Origin: Gemmatimonadota bacterium | GTDB taxonomy: Bacteria; Gemmatimonadota; Gemmatimonadetes; Gemmatimonadales; GWC2-71-9 | Direction of reading: 5' to 3' | NCBI GenBank assembly: GCA_039588295.1 | Contig: JBDHAB010000039.1 | Coordinates: forward strand, 1 to 37,160 | DNA: 37,160 nucleotides | Notes under the pieces: generated by a model | The model's input: the letters and a program-made list of their open reading frames with translations, nothing else | What the model was told of the DNA's origin: nothing | Database searches by the model: none | In this document: piece after piece, positions 36,038-37,160 of the stretch | Layout of the letters: each line of letters opens with the position of its first letter | Numbering within the stretch: the stretch's first letter is position 1 | Made by a program: the position numbers and the translations under genes

Positions 36038-36445
36038 ATGACCTCCAAAATGGATGATCGACAGCTCGAGCAGCTGGCAAAGCAGCTCGGGGCGAAGGCT
36101 GCGGCGAACGTCGATGCGCAGAAGACGGCTTGGGCCGTCCTCGCTCGGCTACGCTCAACGCCAGTGACACACCCCTGGTGGCACCGATTCGGACTCGTGC
36201 CGGCTGCAGCGGCGGCGGGTGTGATCCTTGCGGCCGGCTTGGGGATCCATCAGTGGCTGACACCTGGTGAAGCGCTGCCGTCACTCCCGCTGCCGATCGA
36301 GCTCAATGAACTTGCGACGAACGAGTTGACGGAGGTGCTCGACTCGTTGGAGTTTGAGGCACCCGTGGCCGAACTTGTCCCAGCGAGCCTCGCGGACCTG
36401 AGTGAGAACCAGCTCAGGGATCTGCTCGCCTCGATGGAGGGATAA
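36038..36445 (+). CDS. Putative single-TM anti-sigma factor
   Basis: Directly follows the ECF sigma; central TM LVPAAAAAGVILAAGLG; start 36038 or 36029. Confidence 0.7.
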   Translation: MTSKMDDRQLEQLAKQLGAKAAANVDAQKTAWAVLARLRSTPVTHPWWHRFGLVPAAAAAGVILAAGLGIHQWLTPGEALPSLPLPIELNELATNELTEVLDSLEFEAPVAELVPASLADLSENQLRDLLASMEG

Positions 36446-36922
36446 ATGAGAAAGCTCTTTACGGTGATCTTGTTGCTCGCGGCAGGAACGAGCACCCTGT
36501 CCGCACAGAACCCGCAGGTTCGGCAACAGCGTCTGCGACAGCAGGTGGTGGAACGCTTCATGCAGAACTTGCGCACGCAGGCGGGCCTCACGGAGGATCA
36601 GCATGAGCGGCTGCAGGAGGTCACTCGGCAATCGTTCCTCGACCGGGCCGAGCTCCTCGCGCAGGAGCGTGCAATCTGGGGCGCGCTCGAGGGGCAGATG
36701 CGGCCCGGTGTCGCCGCGGACGGCGACAGCCTCGCCAGGCTGATCGATGCAGTGATCGACGCGCAGGGAGCGCGAATCGAGCAAGCGCGGGCCGAGCAGC
36801 GCGAGTTGGCGGAATTCCTCACCCCTGTGCAGCGCGCCCAGTTCACGCTGGCCTGGCGCAGGTTGCAGATGCAAATCGAGCGGGCGCGGGGGATGGGACA
36901 GCAGCAGCGACGACCGATGTAA
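36446..36922 (+). CDS. Periplasmic helical Spy/CpxP-like protein
   Basis: Signal peptide; LTEDQ and LTPVQ (LTxxQ) motifs; typical third gene of ECF/anti-sigma loci. Confidence 0.75.
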   Translation: MRKLFTVILLLAAGTSTLSAQNPQVRQQRLRQQVVERFMQNLRTQAGLTEDQHERLQEVTRQSFLDRAELLAQERAIWGALEGQMRPGVAADGDSLARLIDAVIDAQGARIEQARAEQRELAEFLTPVQRAQFTLAWRRLQMQIERARGMGQQQRRPM

Positions 36923-36957
36923 AAGCGAGAAGTAACAAGGGAGACGGGATGAGGGAG

Positions 36958-36986
36958 AAGGGGGAACGGTCGTCCGGTCCCCCTTT
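36958..36986 (+). terminator. Stem-loop after the Spy-like gene
   Basis: AAGGGGGA...TCCCCCTTT hairpin inside a longer imperfect stem. Confidence 0.5.
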
Positions 36987-37075
36987 CCGTTGCCGTTGGT
37001 CACTTCGTCCGGCTTATGGATCATTCCGATTGCTCGGCGTCCGCCAATACTCGATCGCCGTTATATTCCTCTCGC

Positions 37076-37159
37076 GCCCGAGTGGTGGAACTGGTAGACG
37101 CGCGGGACTCAAAATCCCGTCCCGGCAACGGGGTGACGGTTCGACTCCGTCCTCGGGCA
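37076..37159 (+). tRNA. tRNA-Leu (anticodon CAA)
   Basis: Acceptor GCCCGAG/CTCGGGC+A, D-loop with GG, anticodon arm CGGGA-CTCAAAA-TCCCG, long variable arm, T-loop GTTCGAC; TATATT at 37062-37067. Confidence 0.97.
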
Positions 37160-37160
37160 T

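Noticed and set aside
37076..37160. tRNA-Leu as the attachment site of the integrase element
   Set aside because: It is about 32 kb away, I saw no duplicate of its 3' end near int, and the junction is explained by recQ

Overview
High-GC bacterial chromosomal window; gene content resembles Gemmatimonadota (inference only). (1) 1-~5200 is the right part of an integrative, satellite-like element: two orphan cargo genes, a DUF3631-like P-loop Rep/helicase, a putative iteron origin, an excisionase-like HTH, an XRE regulator and a tyrosine integrase. Its right junction falls inside a recQ helicase gene, which has lost its Walker A motif. (2) 6.2-13.8 kb holds a strongly structured ~380-nt intergenic region, nfeD-floA-yqfB-like genes, an acyl-CoA dehydrogenase, DUF1844, rne/rng with a long structured leader, and rplU-rpmA. 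(3) 13.9-20.5 kb (- strand) is a Ser/Thr kinase-pseudoprotease-large beta-propeller lipoprotein operon. (4) 20.8-35.3 kb (- strand) is a long TetR/PaaR-led aromatic acyl-CoA epoxidase (paa-like) and beta-oxidation cluster with no paaE, paaZ or paaK. Its tail includes an amidohydrolase, a DASS transporter, a vasohibin-like cysteine peptidase and a D-amino-acid transaminase. (5) The window ends with an ECF sigma/anti-sigma/Spy-like trio and tRNA-Leu(CAA). Best leads: the bacterial vasohibin-like peptidase, the recQ-interrupting element, and the candidate ncRNA. All family assignments come from motif recognition by eye, not database searches.
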